DNA from: an uncultured Prevotellaceae bacterium
GTDB lineage: Bacteria; Bacteroidota; Bacteroidia; Bacteroidales; Bacteroidaceae
Direction of reading: 5' to 3'
DNA length: 64,000 nucleotides
Assembly: GCA_946407895.1 (NCBI GenBank)
Contig: CAMJQA010000002.1
Location: forward strand, 41,878-105,877
The notes below the pieces were generated by a model, which was not told where the DNA came from, did no database searches, and saw nothing but the letters and a program-made list of their open reading frames with translations. A program made the translations under genes and the position numbers. Below are positions 35,880 through 45,501 of the stretch, in pieces; position 1 is the first letter of the stretch, and each line of letters starts with the position of its first letter.

Positions 35880-37049
35880 ATGAAGATAAAGTCCCTTCTA
35901 CTCACCCTGATGCTCGCCACCGCGGCACAGGCACAGAATAGCAGCACAAGTCTGAGCTTCGACCTCAAGGGGCTGGCTCCCACCGATACGCTAATGCTGC
36001 AATGGGGTGCCAACAACAAGAGCATGAACCCCCTTATTGGCAAAAGGTCCGTTGGCGATGCCCAGCCCTTCGTCATACCTCTCGACGAGCCCCGGCTCGT
36101 TGTACTGAGCCTCAAGGGGTATCAGGGCAGCTACGAGATGCTTGTGGCTCCCGGCGAAGAGGTTGTTGTGAGCGGGCGTGTGAAGATGGGGGGCGACGAC
36201 CGTAATATGGCAGCCAGTTTTCGCCGTGTGCGCGTTAGGGGCGCTGCACTGCAGGACGAGTATGCGGGTATTATACAGGCATACCAGCAGCACCAGGACA
36301 GCATAGACTTGGGCGTATTCAATGAGTACAAAGATGTGTACCGGCTCATCGAGAAGGCAAAGGCCAGCAACGATGAGCAGGCCATTGCCGACATGTATCA
36401 GACCTTGCACGGGCAGAGCTATATAGATCGCGTAATGCAGACCTATCAGGAGCGTCAGGACTATCTGGTGAAGACTGTTGAACGGCATGCCGACAGTTTC
36501 ATGGGCCCCCTGCTGCTGTTGCGCCTGGCCGGGCCGCTTGGCAAGTCATGGCGACCCCAGTATGACAAGTTGAGCCCCCAGGCGCGACAGAGCTACTATG
36601 GCAAGGCTGTGCATGACGAGGTCTATCCGCAGACCATGATTGACGAGAAGGCCAGCTCCGTCAGCGTCAGCGATACGCTTGGCAACGAGGCCGTCCTTTG
36701 CTTCAACAAGATTCCGGGCAAGTATCTGATTCTCGACTTCTGGGCCAGCTGGTGTGAGCCCTGCCGCAAGGAGATGCCCAACCTGAAGCGCATCTATGAG
36801 CGGTTCCACCACCGCGGGCTCGACATAGCCGGCATCAGCGCCGACCACGACGAGGAGGTATGGCTCGAGGCTTTGGGCGAGCTTGATGTGCCCTGGGCTA
36901 ATTATCTTGATGTAAACCGCCAGGCCATTACCGAGTACAAGGTCATGTACATCCCCTCCACCTTCATCATTGACCAGAACGGTGTTATCATTGCCGAGAA
37001 GTTGCGCGGCAAGGATCTCTCCGACTTCATAGAGAACCTGTTCAAGTAA
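35880..37049 (+). CDS. TlpA family thiol:disulfide oxidoreductase (DUF4369-like N-domain + thioredoxin fold)
   Basis: The signal peptide is MKIKSLLLTLMLATAAQA. The active site is WASWCEPC. Confidence 0.8.
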   Translation: MKIKSLLLTLMLATAAQAQNSSTSLSFDLKGLAPTDTLMLQWGANNKSMNPLIGKRSVGDAQPFVIPLDEPRLVVLSLKGYQGSYEMLVAPGEEVVVSGRVKMGGDDRNMAASFRRVRVRGAALQDEYAGIIQAYQQHQDSIDLGVFNEYKDVYRLIEKAKASNDEQAIADMYQTLHGQSYIDRVMQTYQERQDYLVKTVERHADSFMGPLLLLRLAGPLGKSWRPQYDKLSPQARQSYYGKAVHDEVYPQTMIDEKASSVSVSDTLGNEAVLCFNKIPGKYLILDFWASWCEPCRKEMPNLKRIYERFHHRGLDIAGISADHDEEVWLEALGELDVPWANYLDVNRQAITEYKVMYIPSTFIIDQNGVIIAEKLRGKDLSDFIENLFK

Positions 37050-37071
37050 GAGAGGGAATGAAAGAAAATGT

Positions 37072-37127
37072 AAATGCAAAAATGCAAAACTCCTGCCAAT
37101 TGGCAGGAGTTTTGCATTTTTGCATTT
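37072..37127. terminator. 56-bp perfect palindrome, bidirectional terminator
   Basis: All 28 positions of each arm pair, checked base by base. The GC core is CTCCTGCC-AATT-GGCAGGAG, flanked by A/T-rich AATGCAAAA x2. It lies between convergent stops at 37049 and 37135. Confidence 0.8.
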
Positions 37128-37134
37128 GCTGTTT

Positions 37135-39519
37135 TCACAAAGCGTGGTCTTCGCCCACATCTATGCCGTTCCAGGCCTTTAGGCTGGTCCAGTCAACTGG
37201 CGGATTTGCCCAAAAAGGGTCGTCGGCCGGAAGTCCCAGGGGCAGGAAGGCAGCCATGCAGAGGTACAAGCTACCGGTATTGATGTAGCCCTCGCCCATG
37301 TGAAGCTGACTACCAGCGAAACCCACGCGGAGCCAGCCGTTGGAGTCGAAGGTGCGCGGTTGGCTTACCTGGCGCCGGATTACGGCAGTCATGCCACAAC
37401 GCACCTGGGCCGGGCTGAGGGACGATGGCAGCAGGTGAAGCCAAGCGGCATCGGCCAGGGCGTGGAACGAACCGAAGCGGTACGTGATGCTGCGGCCCGT
37501 GACGGGATAAGTGCCCTCGGGCGAAATCATGCGCTCCAGCTGGGCGGCAAATCGGCTCAGGCGCTTCTCCTGCGTGGGCAGGAAGTCGGCACCCTCTATG
37601 CCATGCTTCTTCATGACACGCAACACCTCGGTCAGCATGGGGTGAATGACCAGGCTGTTGTAGTAGTCGAGGTGGAAACTCTTGCCGTCGCCGTACCAGG
37701 CATCGCCCTTGTACCACTCGTCGCGGAACCGCTTCACCCCGTGCATGAGGCGCTCGGGGTCATACTCGCCCGTAAACTCCAGCAGGGCGGCCTCAACAAT
37801 CGAGGCGAAGAGCAGCCAGTTGCTCTCGTAGGCCTTGATGCCGCGCGATGTCTTCCACTCGGCAATCAGCCGCTCCCGGGTCTGCTTGTCCAGACGGCCC
37901 CATATCTGTGTGGGGGCGCGCAGGATTCCCTCGGCCAAGAAGGCTGCATCCACCAGGGGCTGAGCCTCGCGGTTGTCGAACATCAGATGGTCGGGCGACT
38001 GCGGATTTACGCCATTTCGTATGCCGCGCACCACCAGGTCAATGTATCGGGCCCGCAGCTTGCCTTCCTCGGTATCGTCGGGCCCCAGCTCCAGCCAGGG
38101 ACCGATGCCGCAGATGGTCCGCCCCACGGCCTCCAGGAAGGACACCCGCCGGTGCTCGGTGCTATTGTTACGCGTCTCGTATGGCATGTTCTTCTTGAGC
38201 GTGCCGGCTGCCAGGTTCTCCAATACCGGAGCGGCTATGCGTGTCATCTGCTCCACCCAGAAGCGGCGGTCGGCGGCCCCCGTAGTCTTGTTGAGCAGCT
38301 TCTTCATCCTCAGCAGGGCCTCTATGAAATAGTAGTCGGCATACGTCATGGGCATGTCCACCTCGTTCTTCGCAGGCAGGGAGCCCACGCTGTGGCCCAG
38401 CAGGAAGCCACCCCGCTCGCCCGGTTTCGACAGATACTCTTCTGATGCCAGCGTGCGCAGCTGCTGCTCGGCAACCGAGAGCCAGCGGCCTGCATCGGGC
38501 CCTGGGTCGAGCTGACTGAGTTCGATAAGCGCCGAAGCCATAATGGCACCGGCCGAGGCATCGCGCAGGGCATTGGGTATGTCAGGCGCGTCATAGTCCC
38601 AATAGGGAATCTTGTCCTCGGGCAGGCGCGGATGGGCAGTCAGGAAGTTGGCAATGTGGCGAGCCTGCTCAAGGTAGGCGGGTTCCAGCGTCTCGCGATA
38701 CATCATGGTGTAGCCATACAGGCCCCACGACTGACCACGTGCCCATGAACTGTGGTCGGCATATCCCTGGGCTGTATTCTTGGCATGCGGTTGAGCCGTA
38801 ACGGTGTCGTATGACACCACGTGGAAGGTGCTGTAGTCCTCGCGGAAATGATTCTTGATAGTGGTATTGGCATGCGTCTGGGCTATGTCCTGGTAGTGGC
38901 GGTCGCCCGTCTGCTTGCTCATGAAACAGAGCATCTCCAGGTTCATCATGTTGTCGATGATTACGGGGTATTGCCATTGCTTGTTGGGCTCCCACGACTT
39001 GATGACGCCCAGGTGCGGATTCCATCGGGTCAGCAGGCTTTGTGTGCCCTCGTCGATTACGTCCAGGTAATGGCGGTCTCCGGTAATCCTGTAGCCCTGG
39101 CCGAAGCTGCAATAGAGCATGAAGCCCAGGTCGTGGGTGTTGTGCAGCCTTTTGGCCGGCTCCACGCGGTCGGTAAACATGCGTGCATAGCGCAGCAGCT
39201 GCTCGCTCTGGTCGGCGACTCCCAGCTGCTGGTTGTTGCGGGCGTCTTCATAAAGCAGCCATAGCACGCCGGGGAAGAACCCCGATATCCAGGCACCATA
39301 TTTGCAGGTTCGCAGTTCGTCGTTCTTGTAGGTGTGCGGCAGGGCTCCATCCTTATCCTGGAGGGTGCGGGCCGTCAGCATGGCCTGGCTGCGTGCCACG
39401 GTGAGCGAGCGCGTGATGAGCGCCTGCATGGGCTCTTGCTGCTGTGTATCAGCGGCCCTAAGGACTGCGGGTAACACCAGCAGACCAAATAATAAAACGG
39501 AAACAGATTTCTTTTTCAT
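37135..39519 (-). CDS. GH88 (unsaturated glucuronyl hydrolase-like) - DUF2264 fusion protein, secreted
   Basis: 794 aa with signal peptide LLFGLLVLPAVLRA. The N-half has the GH88 motifs HDLGF, IIDNMMNLE, WARGQSWG and RDASAGAIMASAL. The C-half (from about residue 410) is DUF2264-like: YGDGKSFHLDYYNSLVIHP. Confidence 0.75.
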   Translation of the reverse strand: MKKKSVSVLLFGLLVLPAVLRAADTQQQEPMQALITRSLTVARSQAMLTARTLQDKDGALPHTYKNDELRTCKYGAWISGFFPGVLWLLYEDARNNQQLGVADQSEQLLRYARMFTDRVEPAKRLHNTHDLGFMLYCSFGQGYRITGDRHYLDVIDEGTQSLLTRWNPHLGVIKSWEPNKQWQYPVIIDNMMNLEMLCFMSKQTGDRHYQDIAQTHANTTIKNHFREDYSTFHVVSYDTVTAQPHAKNTAQGYADHSSWARGQSWGLYGYTMMYRETLEPAYLEQARHIANFLTAHPRLPEDKIPYWDYDAPDIPNALRDASAGAIMASALIELSQLDPGPDAGRWLSVAEQQLRTLASEEYLSKPGERGGFLLGHSVGSLPAKNEVDMPMTYADYYFIEALLRMKKLLNKTTGAADRRFWVEQMTRIAAPVLENLAAGTLKKNMPYETRNNSTEHRRVSFLEAVGRTICGIGPWLELGPDDTEEGKLRARYIDLVVRGIRNGVNPQSPDHLMFDNREAQPLVDAAFLAEGILRAPTQIWGRLDKQTRERLIAEWKTSRGIKAYESNWLLFASIVEAALLEFTGEYDPERLMHGVKRFRDEWYKGDAWYGDGKSFHLDYYNSLVIHPMLTEVLRVMKKHGIEGADFLPTQEKRLSRFAAQLERMISPEGTYPVTGRSITYRFGSFHALADAAWLHLLPSSLSPAQVRCGMTAVIRRQVSQPRTFDSNGWLRVGFAGSQLHMGEGYINTGSLYLCMAAFLPLGLPADDPFWANPPVDWTSLKAWNGIDVGEDHAL

Positions 39520-39525
39520 GTAGTG

Positions 39526-39543
39526 TTGATATTGATATTGATA
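39526..39543. repeat. 3 x TTGATA hexamer repeat in the GH25 / GH88 spacer
   Basis: Read directly: ttgata ttgata ttgata tgatg. Confidence 0.8.
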
Positions 39544-39557
39544 TGATGTATTAGGGG

Positions 39558-40391
39558 TTATTCTCTTTTTGGCATCATGATATCCGCCAGGGAGTAGTTG
39601 TCAAGGAAACAGCTGCGGTCTACCTTTCCCTGTATGCCGCTGATGTATCCGCTGGAGGTGAACTGCCACAGTACGATGGGCACATCGTCAAAAAGCGTGG
39701 GAGGCTCGTCGCCATAACGGGCTATCATGAACTTGTACCCCAAATAGCGGCCTGCCAGGTGCTCATTATAGAAGTTCACGCCCGTATAGATGATGGGCTT
39801 TGCCCCGAAGTGCTTTTCCGTCTCGCGTAATACAGCCGACAGCTTGCCGTGAAAGTCAAGTGCAGAGCCTCTGCCCCGCTTTTCGACATCGATAATGGGG
39901 ACGAGGTCTTGCTGGCGCGGATCTACGTTCTCAAAAAAGTTCTTGAGCTGCATCATGGCACTTGCCGAGGGGCTGAAGAAATGATATACCCCTGCGGGGA
40001 TGCCGGCCTTACGGGCCTCGTAGAGGTTCTGGCGATAATACTCGTCCACTATGCCAGATGACTCGGTGGCCTTGATATAGACAAACCGCGCATTGGGGTC
40101 AAGGGGCACGGCGCTCCAGTTTATCTTTCCCTGATAATGAGATACATCAATGCCATAGAGGGTCTGTACCTTATGGGGCGGTATGATGTGCTGCCCGGCC
40201 TCGGCCAAGAAAGGCAACGGAACATCGGGCTGCCTTGGCACCGGTATTTCATCCGGTTCAGGCAGGCTTAACTGCTGGGGGATAATCCTGTCATCATCTT
40301 CCTGGGCATTATTATAATACTTTTCTACCCCATAAGATGACATAAAACCTGACAAGGAAACAGCCAGCAGTCCCAACGTACTTACTCCCAC
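39558..40391 (-). CDS. GH25 family muramidase (lysozyme) with N-terminal membrane anchor
   Basis: Motifs are GIDVSHYQGKINW, FVYIKATES and GVYHFF. The start is GTG at 40391; there is no ATG between the upstream in-frame stop (40431-40433) and the TM segment. Confidence 0.8.
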   Translation of the reverse strand: MGVSTLGLLAVSLSGFMSSYGVEKYYNNAQEDDDRIIPQQLSLPEPDEIPVPRQPDVPLPFLAEAGQHIIPPHKVQTLYGIDVSHYQGKINWSAVPLDPNARFVYIKATESSGIVDEYYRQNLYEARKAGIPAGVYHFFSPSASAMMQLKNFFENVDPRQQDLVPIIDVEKRGRGSALDFHGKLSAVLRETEKHFGAKPIIYTGVNFYNEHLAGRYLGYKFMIARYGDEPPTLFDDVPIVLWQFTSSGYISGIQGKVDRSCFLDNYSLADIMMPKRE

Positions 40392-40430
40392 AAACTTAAT
40401 GATGCGCGATGTGTTAGGATTAGAAGATGC

Positions 40431-40979
40431 TTACTCGGGATTCTCTCCCAGGAAAACACATTCAAAATTGCGGCCCTTAATGCTTGGGAACTGGCTTCGG
40501 GGGTCAATGTCTCCCCTGGAGCGCAGATGGTCGATAACGCGGTCATAGCACTCCTGTACGCAAGAAGCCCTGAGGCGGGCCTTGAAAGTGGTATCGCAGT
40601 ACTGGAACTTCTGCGTCTGAGGCAGGCAGACTACACGCTTGAAATTGATTGTAGCATCGTACCATCCCTCGTTCTGAGTCAGAAAGACGTCCTGAGGCCT
40701 CTCCCTGACTTCTGCCGGACGTGTATTGTCCTTGGCCTGCAGGCCGATCTCTTTGAATTCCTCAAGTGTTTTGGCCGTAGTCTTAATAACAATAAAGTAA
40801 GCGCGCCCGCGCACCTTGTAGCGCTTTGGGTACGTGATGTCACTTTCTATATATTGAGTCAAATCATTCATGAGGAATTCGTCGACGTCAATATCGGGTA
40901 TAGACTGCAGGAAATCGAATGCCTCGGACAAAGAATTAACTAAAATCTCACTTTCAAAAAAACGCAAATAAATGTTCAT
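40431..40979 (-). CDS. hypothetical protein (182 aa)
   Basis: ATG 40979 gives MNIYLRFFESEIL. No motif was recognised. It sits in a same-strand string with yfiC and GH25. Confidence 0.55.
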   Translation of the reverse strand: MNIYLRFFESEILVNSLSEAFDFLQSIPDIDVDEFLMNDLTQYIESDITYPKRYKVRGRAYFIVIKTTAKTLEEFKEIGLQAKDNTRPAEVRERPQDVFLTQNEGWYDATINFKRVVCLPQTQKFQYCDTTFKARLRASCVQECYDRVIDHLRSRGDIDPRSQFPSIKGRNFECVFLGENPE

Positions 40980-41083
40980 AAAAAATACTATTATCCAAAA
41001 ATTTGCTGCAAAGGTAAGCAATTATTTGAATAAAAAGAAATTTCGGGTAAGGAAAAGTTGAAAAAGAAATAATAATTCGTGCA

Positions 41084-41788
41084 TTACAGATAAAAATCGC
41101 TTGTAAGGTCGATGTACTGCTGTGTGCGGCAGCCCTCATTATCCATTAACAACAATACATCAGATGAAAAGCATTTACAAACTGATTTCGAGAATGTTAC
41201 CATGACTCGTTTTGCTTCTTTCCTCTGCACGGTTTTTACATGGCACAATCTTTGCACATAAAGCCGGGCCATCAGGCATAGCGAAATGAAATCTGATTCG
41301 GCCTGTGTAGGAATAATCACGTTGAACACGCCCCGGTCAGAAAGTAGCGCGGCAACACTTTCCACCAGTTCGCTGAAGTGAAGCGATGCTGTATTGCGTG
41401 CAACAGAACGCCCCTCATCGGCGGGAAGGACGGCCTCAGTGTAGAAGGGTGGATTGCATAATATGGAATCAAAGGGTTCATGAGGCTTGAAGCGGCGGAC
41501 ATCCTCCAGCAAAATTTCCACCCGGTTTGAGAAAGGGCTTGAAGCCACATTCTGGGCAGCCTGCGATACGGAAGTAGCATCAACGTCAATACCGGTAACT
41601 TTTGCGGAATTATTACGTTGGGCAGCCATCAGGGCAAGCAGGCCACTGCCTGTGCCTACATCAAGAATACGGCTTGCGCAATGCAATTCGGCCCATGCAC
41701 CCAGCAAGACGCCATCCGTGCCCACAGGCATGGCACAACGATCGTGCCAGACGGTGAATTTCTTGAATCTAAAATATGGATTACTCAT
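41084..41788 (-). CDS. yfiC: tRNA1(Val) (adenine37-N6)-methyltransferase (TrmN6/YfiC-like)
   Basis: FRFKKFTVWHDRCAMPVGTDGVLLGAW is the family N-terminus. ILDVGTGSG is motif I and NPPFY is motif IV. ATG 41788 was chosen. Confidence 0.8.
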   Translation of the reverse strand: MSNPYFRFKKFTVWHDRCAMPVGTDGVLLGAWAELHCASRILDVGTGSGLLALMAAQRNNSAKVTGIDVDATSVSQAAQNVASSPFSNRVEILLEDVRRFKPHEPFDSILCNPPFYTEAVLPADEGRSVARNTASLHFSELVESVAALLSDRGVFNVIIPTQAESDFISLCLMARLYVQRLCHVKTVQRKEAKRVMVTFSKSVCKCFSSDVLLLMDNEGCRTQQYIDLTSDFYL

Positions 41789-41894
41789 AATTAGTGCAAA
41801 AATATATAAAATATGATATTTCATGGTGCTTATTCCCATTTTTTTTTGTAATTTTGCGACCGTTTTTGATATTAAGAGTACATTATTTAGATAT

Positions 41895-44360
41895 ATGAGC
41901 AAACAGAAATCCATGTTCTCTTTTGTTGCAGAGGTTGGTAATGAGGTGGTAAAACTGATTCATGAGAATGAGGAGGGGCACGTATTGATACTGCCGTTAA
42001 GAGACAATGTCATTTTCCCCGGAACAATCAATCCCATTATTATCGGGCGCAAGAATTCCCTGGCCACAATACACGCTGCCGAGAAGAAGAATATGCTGAT
42101 TGGCATCTTTGCCCAGAAAGATGCTAATATCGACGAACCTGAATTCGAAGACTTAGTTCATACGGGTGTCATTGCACGTGTCATTCATGTAATGCCGTCT
42201 GAACAGGGTAACAAGAGTGTGCTTATACAGGCTCTCAATACCATTGAGCTGATGAACCTCACACAGGGCAAGAACGGTTATGAGGGAGATGTCTTGGCTC
42301 GCACGGATATAGAGCCCATTCATTCGGAGGTGGGAGAATATGAAACCACGCTGGGCCTTATAAAGGAGCGTGTTAATGAGCTGGGGCACATGACGGATGA
42401 CTTCATCGAGATGTTCCAGTATTTCGACAGCATACCTCTTTCCCCTTATTACGTCAATACCCTGTGCGGCAATCTTCCGTTCGACATGCCCATCAAAATA
42501 AACCTGCTGAAGACTATGTTAGAGATAGGCCGGGCGCAGAAGCTGCTTTTCCACATCAACAACCTGATTCACCTGGCAAAGCTAAAGTCCACTATCGAGC
42601 GTAAGACTCAATATGATATTGACAAGCAGCAGAGGGAATACTTCATCAGCCAGGAGATTCAGAAACTGCAGGCTGAGCTGGGAAACAAAGACGATAATTC
42701 AAACAAGCTGGATGACATAGCACAGCTTAGGAACCAGGCAGAAAAGAAGAAATGGAACCAGAAGGTTGCCGAAACATTCGAGAATGAGATAAGCAGGCTC
42801 ACGCGCATCAATCCTCAGAGCCCTGACTATAATGTGCAGCTTAACTACCTGCAAACCATTGTCAGCCTGCCCTGGGACTATTGCACCGAGTCAACTATTC
42901 AGGTTGAAAAGGCGGAAAGAATCCTCAACCGCGACCACTATGGTATGGAGAAGGTCAAGGAACGCATTCTGGAGCACTTGGCCGTGCTGAAGCTCAGAAA
43001 GGACCAGAGGAGCCCTATCATCTGCCTGTATGGTCCGCCGGGAGTAGGAAAGACCAGTCTTGGAAAAAGCATTGCAAAGGCCCTGGGACGGAATTATGTG
43101 AGAATAAGCCTGGGCGGTGTGCATGACGAGAGTGAGATACGAGGCCATCGCAGAACCTACGTGGGGGCTATGCCCGGACGAATCATCAAGGGCATCCAGA
43201 AGGCAAAGAGCAGCAACCCCGTATATATCCTGGACGAGATAGACAAAATTTCGCAGAACAATATAAACGGCGACCCCTCGTCGGCAATGCTGGAGGTGCT
43301 CGACCCCGAACAGAACAATGCCTTCCATGACAACTTCCTTGATATGGACTACGACCTGAGCAAAGTCATGTTCATTGCTACGGCCAACGATACGAATTCC
43401 ATCCCCTCCCCTCTCTTGGACCGCATGGAGCTGATAGAGGTAAGCGGGTATATCACGGAGGAGAAGATTGAGATAGCCAAGCGCCACCTGGTACCAAAGA
43501 AAAAGGCGGAGAATGGGCTTGAAGGCAACAAGGACCTGAAAATCAGCAAACCAGCCATTGAGTATATCATCGAACACTATACCCGCGAGAGCGGTGTCCG
43601 GGGCTTGGAGAAGCAGATAGACAAACTCTTCCGCAAGGTGGCACTCAGATATGCCAGGCAGAACGAGGTCAGCCCTTTCACCATAAAGCCAGAGGACGTC
43701 AAGGCAATGCTGGGGAAGCCCATTTTCAACAGAGACTGTTATCAGGGCAATGAATATGCCGGCGTCGTCACCGGGTTGGCATGGACCAGTGTTGGCGGAG
43801 AGATATTGTTCATCGAAACAAGCCTGAGCAAGGGTAAGAACGGCAAGCTGACGCTGACAGGCAATCTGGGCGATGTCATGAAGGAAAGTGCCATGCTGGC
43901 TTTGGAGTACATCAAGTCGCATGCCGACAGTCTGAACATCGACATGCGCATCTTTGAAAACTACAACATTCACATCCATGTGCCCGAGGGAGCTGTACCT
44001 AAGGACGGCCCCAGTGCTGGCATTACAATGGCCACAAGCATTGCCAGTGCCCTCACTCAGCGGAAGGTGCGCAAGAACCTGGCTATGACAGGCGAGATTA
44101 CCCTGCGCGGCAAAGTGCTCCCTGTCGGTGGCATCAAGGAGAAGATATTGGCAGCAAAACGTGCTGGCATAACAGATATTATGCTTTGCGAGGAAAACCG
44201 GAAAGATATTGAGGAGATACCAGAAATCTATCTGAAGAACCTTACTTTCCATTACGTTACCACCATCAAAAACGTATGGGACTTTGCCCTGACGGACGAA
44301 AAGGTGGCAGATGCCATTGAGTTTTCTTTCCCCGATGAGAAGAAGGAGGAGGACAAATGA
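41895..44360 (+). CDS. lon: endopeptidase La (Lon protease)
   Basis: It has a LON N-domain ([11 protein letters not shown]), Walker [10 protein letters not shown] and the protease Ser motif [11 protein letters not shown] 41895 lies downstream of a TAATTTTG box (41849-41856). Confidence 0.95.
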   Translation: MSKQKSMFSFVAEVGNEVVKLIHENEEGHVLILPLRDNVIFPGTINPIIIGRKNSLATIHAAEKKNMLIGIFAQKDANIDEPEFEDLVHTGVIARVIHVMPSEQGNKSVLIQALNTIELMNLTQGKNGYEGDVLARTDIEPIHSEVGEYETTLGLIKERVNELGHMTDDFIEMFQYFDSIPLSPYYVNTLCGNLPFDMPIKINLLKTMLEIGRAQKLLFHINNLIHLAKLKSTIERKTQYDIDKQQREYFISQEIQKLQAELGNKDDNSNKLDDIAQLRNQAEKKKWNQKVAETFENEISRLTRINPQSPDYNVQLNYLQTIVSLPWDYCTESTIQVEKAERILNRDHYGMEKVKERILEHLAVLKLRKDQRSPIICLYGPPGVGKTSLGKSIAKALGRNYVRISLGGVHDESEIRGHRRTYVGAMPGRIIKGIQKAKSSNPVYILDEIDKISQNNINGDPSSAMLEVLDPEQNNAFHDNFLDMDYDLSKVMFIATANDTNSIPSPLLDRMELIEVSGYITEEKIEIAKRHLVPKKKAENGLEGNKDLKISKPAIEYIIEHYTRESGVRGLEKQIDKLFRKVALRYARQNEVSPFTIKPEDVKAMLGKPIFNRDCYQGNEYAGVVTGLAWTSVGGEILFIETSLSKGKNGKLTLTGNLGDVMKESAMLALEYIKSHADSLNIDMRIFENYNIHIHVPEGAVPKDGPSAGITMATSIASALTQRKVRKNLAMTGEITLRGKVLPVGGIKEKILAAKRAGITDIMLCEENRKDIEEIPEIYLKNLTFHYVTTIKNVWDFALTDEKVADAIEFSFPDEKKEEDK

Positions 44361-45487
44361 CATTCGAGCTCCAATATACTGATAAGGCAACCAATGCCCG
44401 TGCCGGACTCATCACATCTGCTCACGGACAGATTCAGACACCTATTTTCATGCCTGTCGGTACGGTGGGCAGTGTAAAGGGCCTCACCGTGAGAGACCTG
44501 CACGAGGAGGTGCATGCCCAAATCATACTTGGAAACACCTATCACCTGTACCTTCGCCCTGGTACCACTATCCTGGAACAGGCTGGCGGACTGCATAAAT
44601 TCAACGGCTGGGACGGCCCCATATTGACAGACAGCGGCGGGTTTCAGGTATTCTCGCTCACTGGCATCCGAAAGCTCACAGAGGAAGGCTGCACCTTTCG
44701 CAGTCATATAGACGGCAGTAAGCACACCTTCACCCCAGAGCGGGTAATGGACATAGAGCGCAGCATAGGCGCTGATATCATTATGGCTCTCGACGAGTGT
44801 CCGCCCGGAACCAGCGAGTATGCCTATGCCCAGAAAAGCCTGGGCCTGACTCACCGGTGGCTGGACCGCTGCATCAAGCGGTTCAGGGAGACGGAACCTC
44901 TGTATGGCTACGGGCAAAGCCTTTTCCCGATTGTACAGGGATGCACATACCGCGACTTACGCATCGAGAGTGCAGAATTCATAGCCAGCAAGGGGGCCGA
45001 CGGCAATGCCATCGGAGGGCTGGCAGTTGGAGAACCCACCGATGTGATGTACGAGATGATAGAGGTGGTAAATGAAATCCTGCCCAAGGACAAACCGCGC
45101 TACCTGATGGGAGTTGGCACACCGGCCAATCTGCTGGAGGCCATAGAACGCGGCGTTGACATGTTCGACTGCGTCATGCCCACCCGGAACGGGCGCAATG
45201 CCATGCTCTTTACCAGCCAGGGCATCATGAATATGCGTAACAAGAAGTGGGAAAATGACTTCTCTCCCATCGACCCCAACGGAACGGCGTCGGTTGACAC
45301 GTTCTACAGCAAGGCCTATCTGCACCATCTCTTCAAGGCGCAGGAACTGCTTGCCCTGGAGATAGCCTCCATTCATAACCTTGCATTCTACCTGTCACTT
45401 GTGGGTCAGGCCCGCCAGCATATTGTATCAGGCGATTTCCCGTCATGGAAGAGCAGGGTGATAAAGAATTTAACCGAACGCCTTTAG
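44357..45487 (+). CDS. tgt: tRNA guanosine(34) transglycosylase
   Basis: Motifs are LGNTYHL, TDSGGFQV and DCVMPTRNGRN. The start overlaps the lon stop (ATGA). Confidence 0.95.
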   Translation: MTFELQYTDKATNARAGLITSAHGQIQTPIFMPVGTVGSVKGLTVRDLHEEVHAQIILGNTYHLYLRPGTTILEQAGGLHKFNGWDGPILTDSGGFQVFSLTGIRKLTEEGCTFRSHIDGSKHTFTPERVMDIERSIGADIIMALDECPPGTSEYAYAQKSLGLTHRWLDRCIKRFRETEPLYGYGQSLFPIVQGCTYRDLRIESAEFIASKGADGNAIGGLAVGEPTDVMYEMIEVVNEILPKDKPRYLMGVGTPANLLEAIERGVDMFDCVMPTRNGRNAMLFTSQGIMNMRNKKWENDFSPIDPNGTASVDTFYSKAYLHHLFKAQELLALEIASIHNLAFYLSLVGQARQHIVSGDFPSWKSRVIKNLTERL

Positions 45488-45501
45488 CATAAAGAGAGCA
45501 C

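Noticed and set aside
42891-44390. A 499-aa ORF antisense to lon. Similar long antisense ORFs lie at 37300..38445, 47926..48903, 50504..51367, 51433..52260, 52722..53558, 53824..54486 and 54742..56067.
   Set aside because: Each lies entirely within a gene that has unmistakable conserved motifs on the other strand. Their sequences are low-information (R/G/A/L/V/H-rich) with no motifs. Stop-free antisense frames are an expected by-product of GC-rich third positions.
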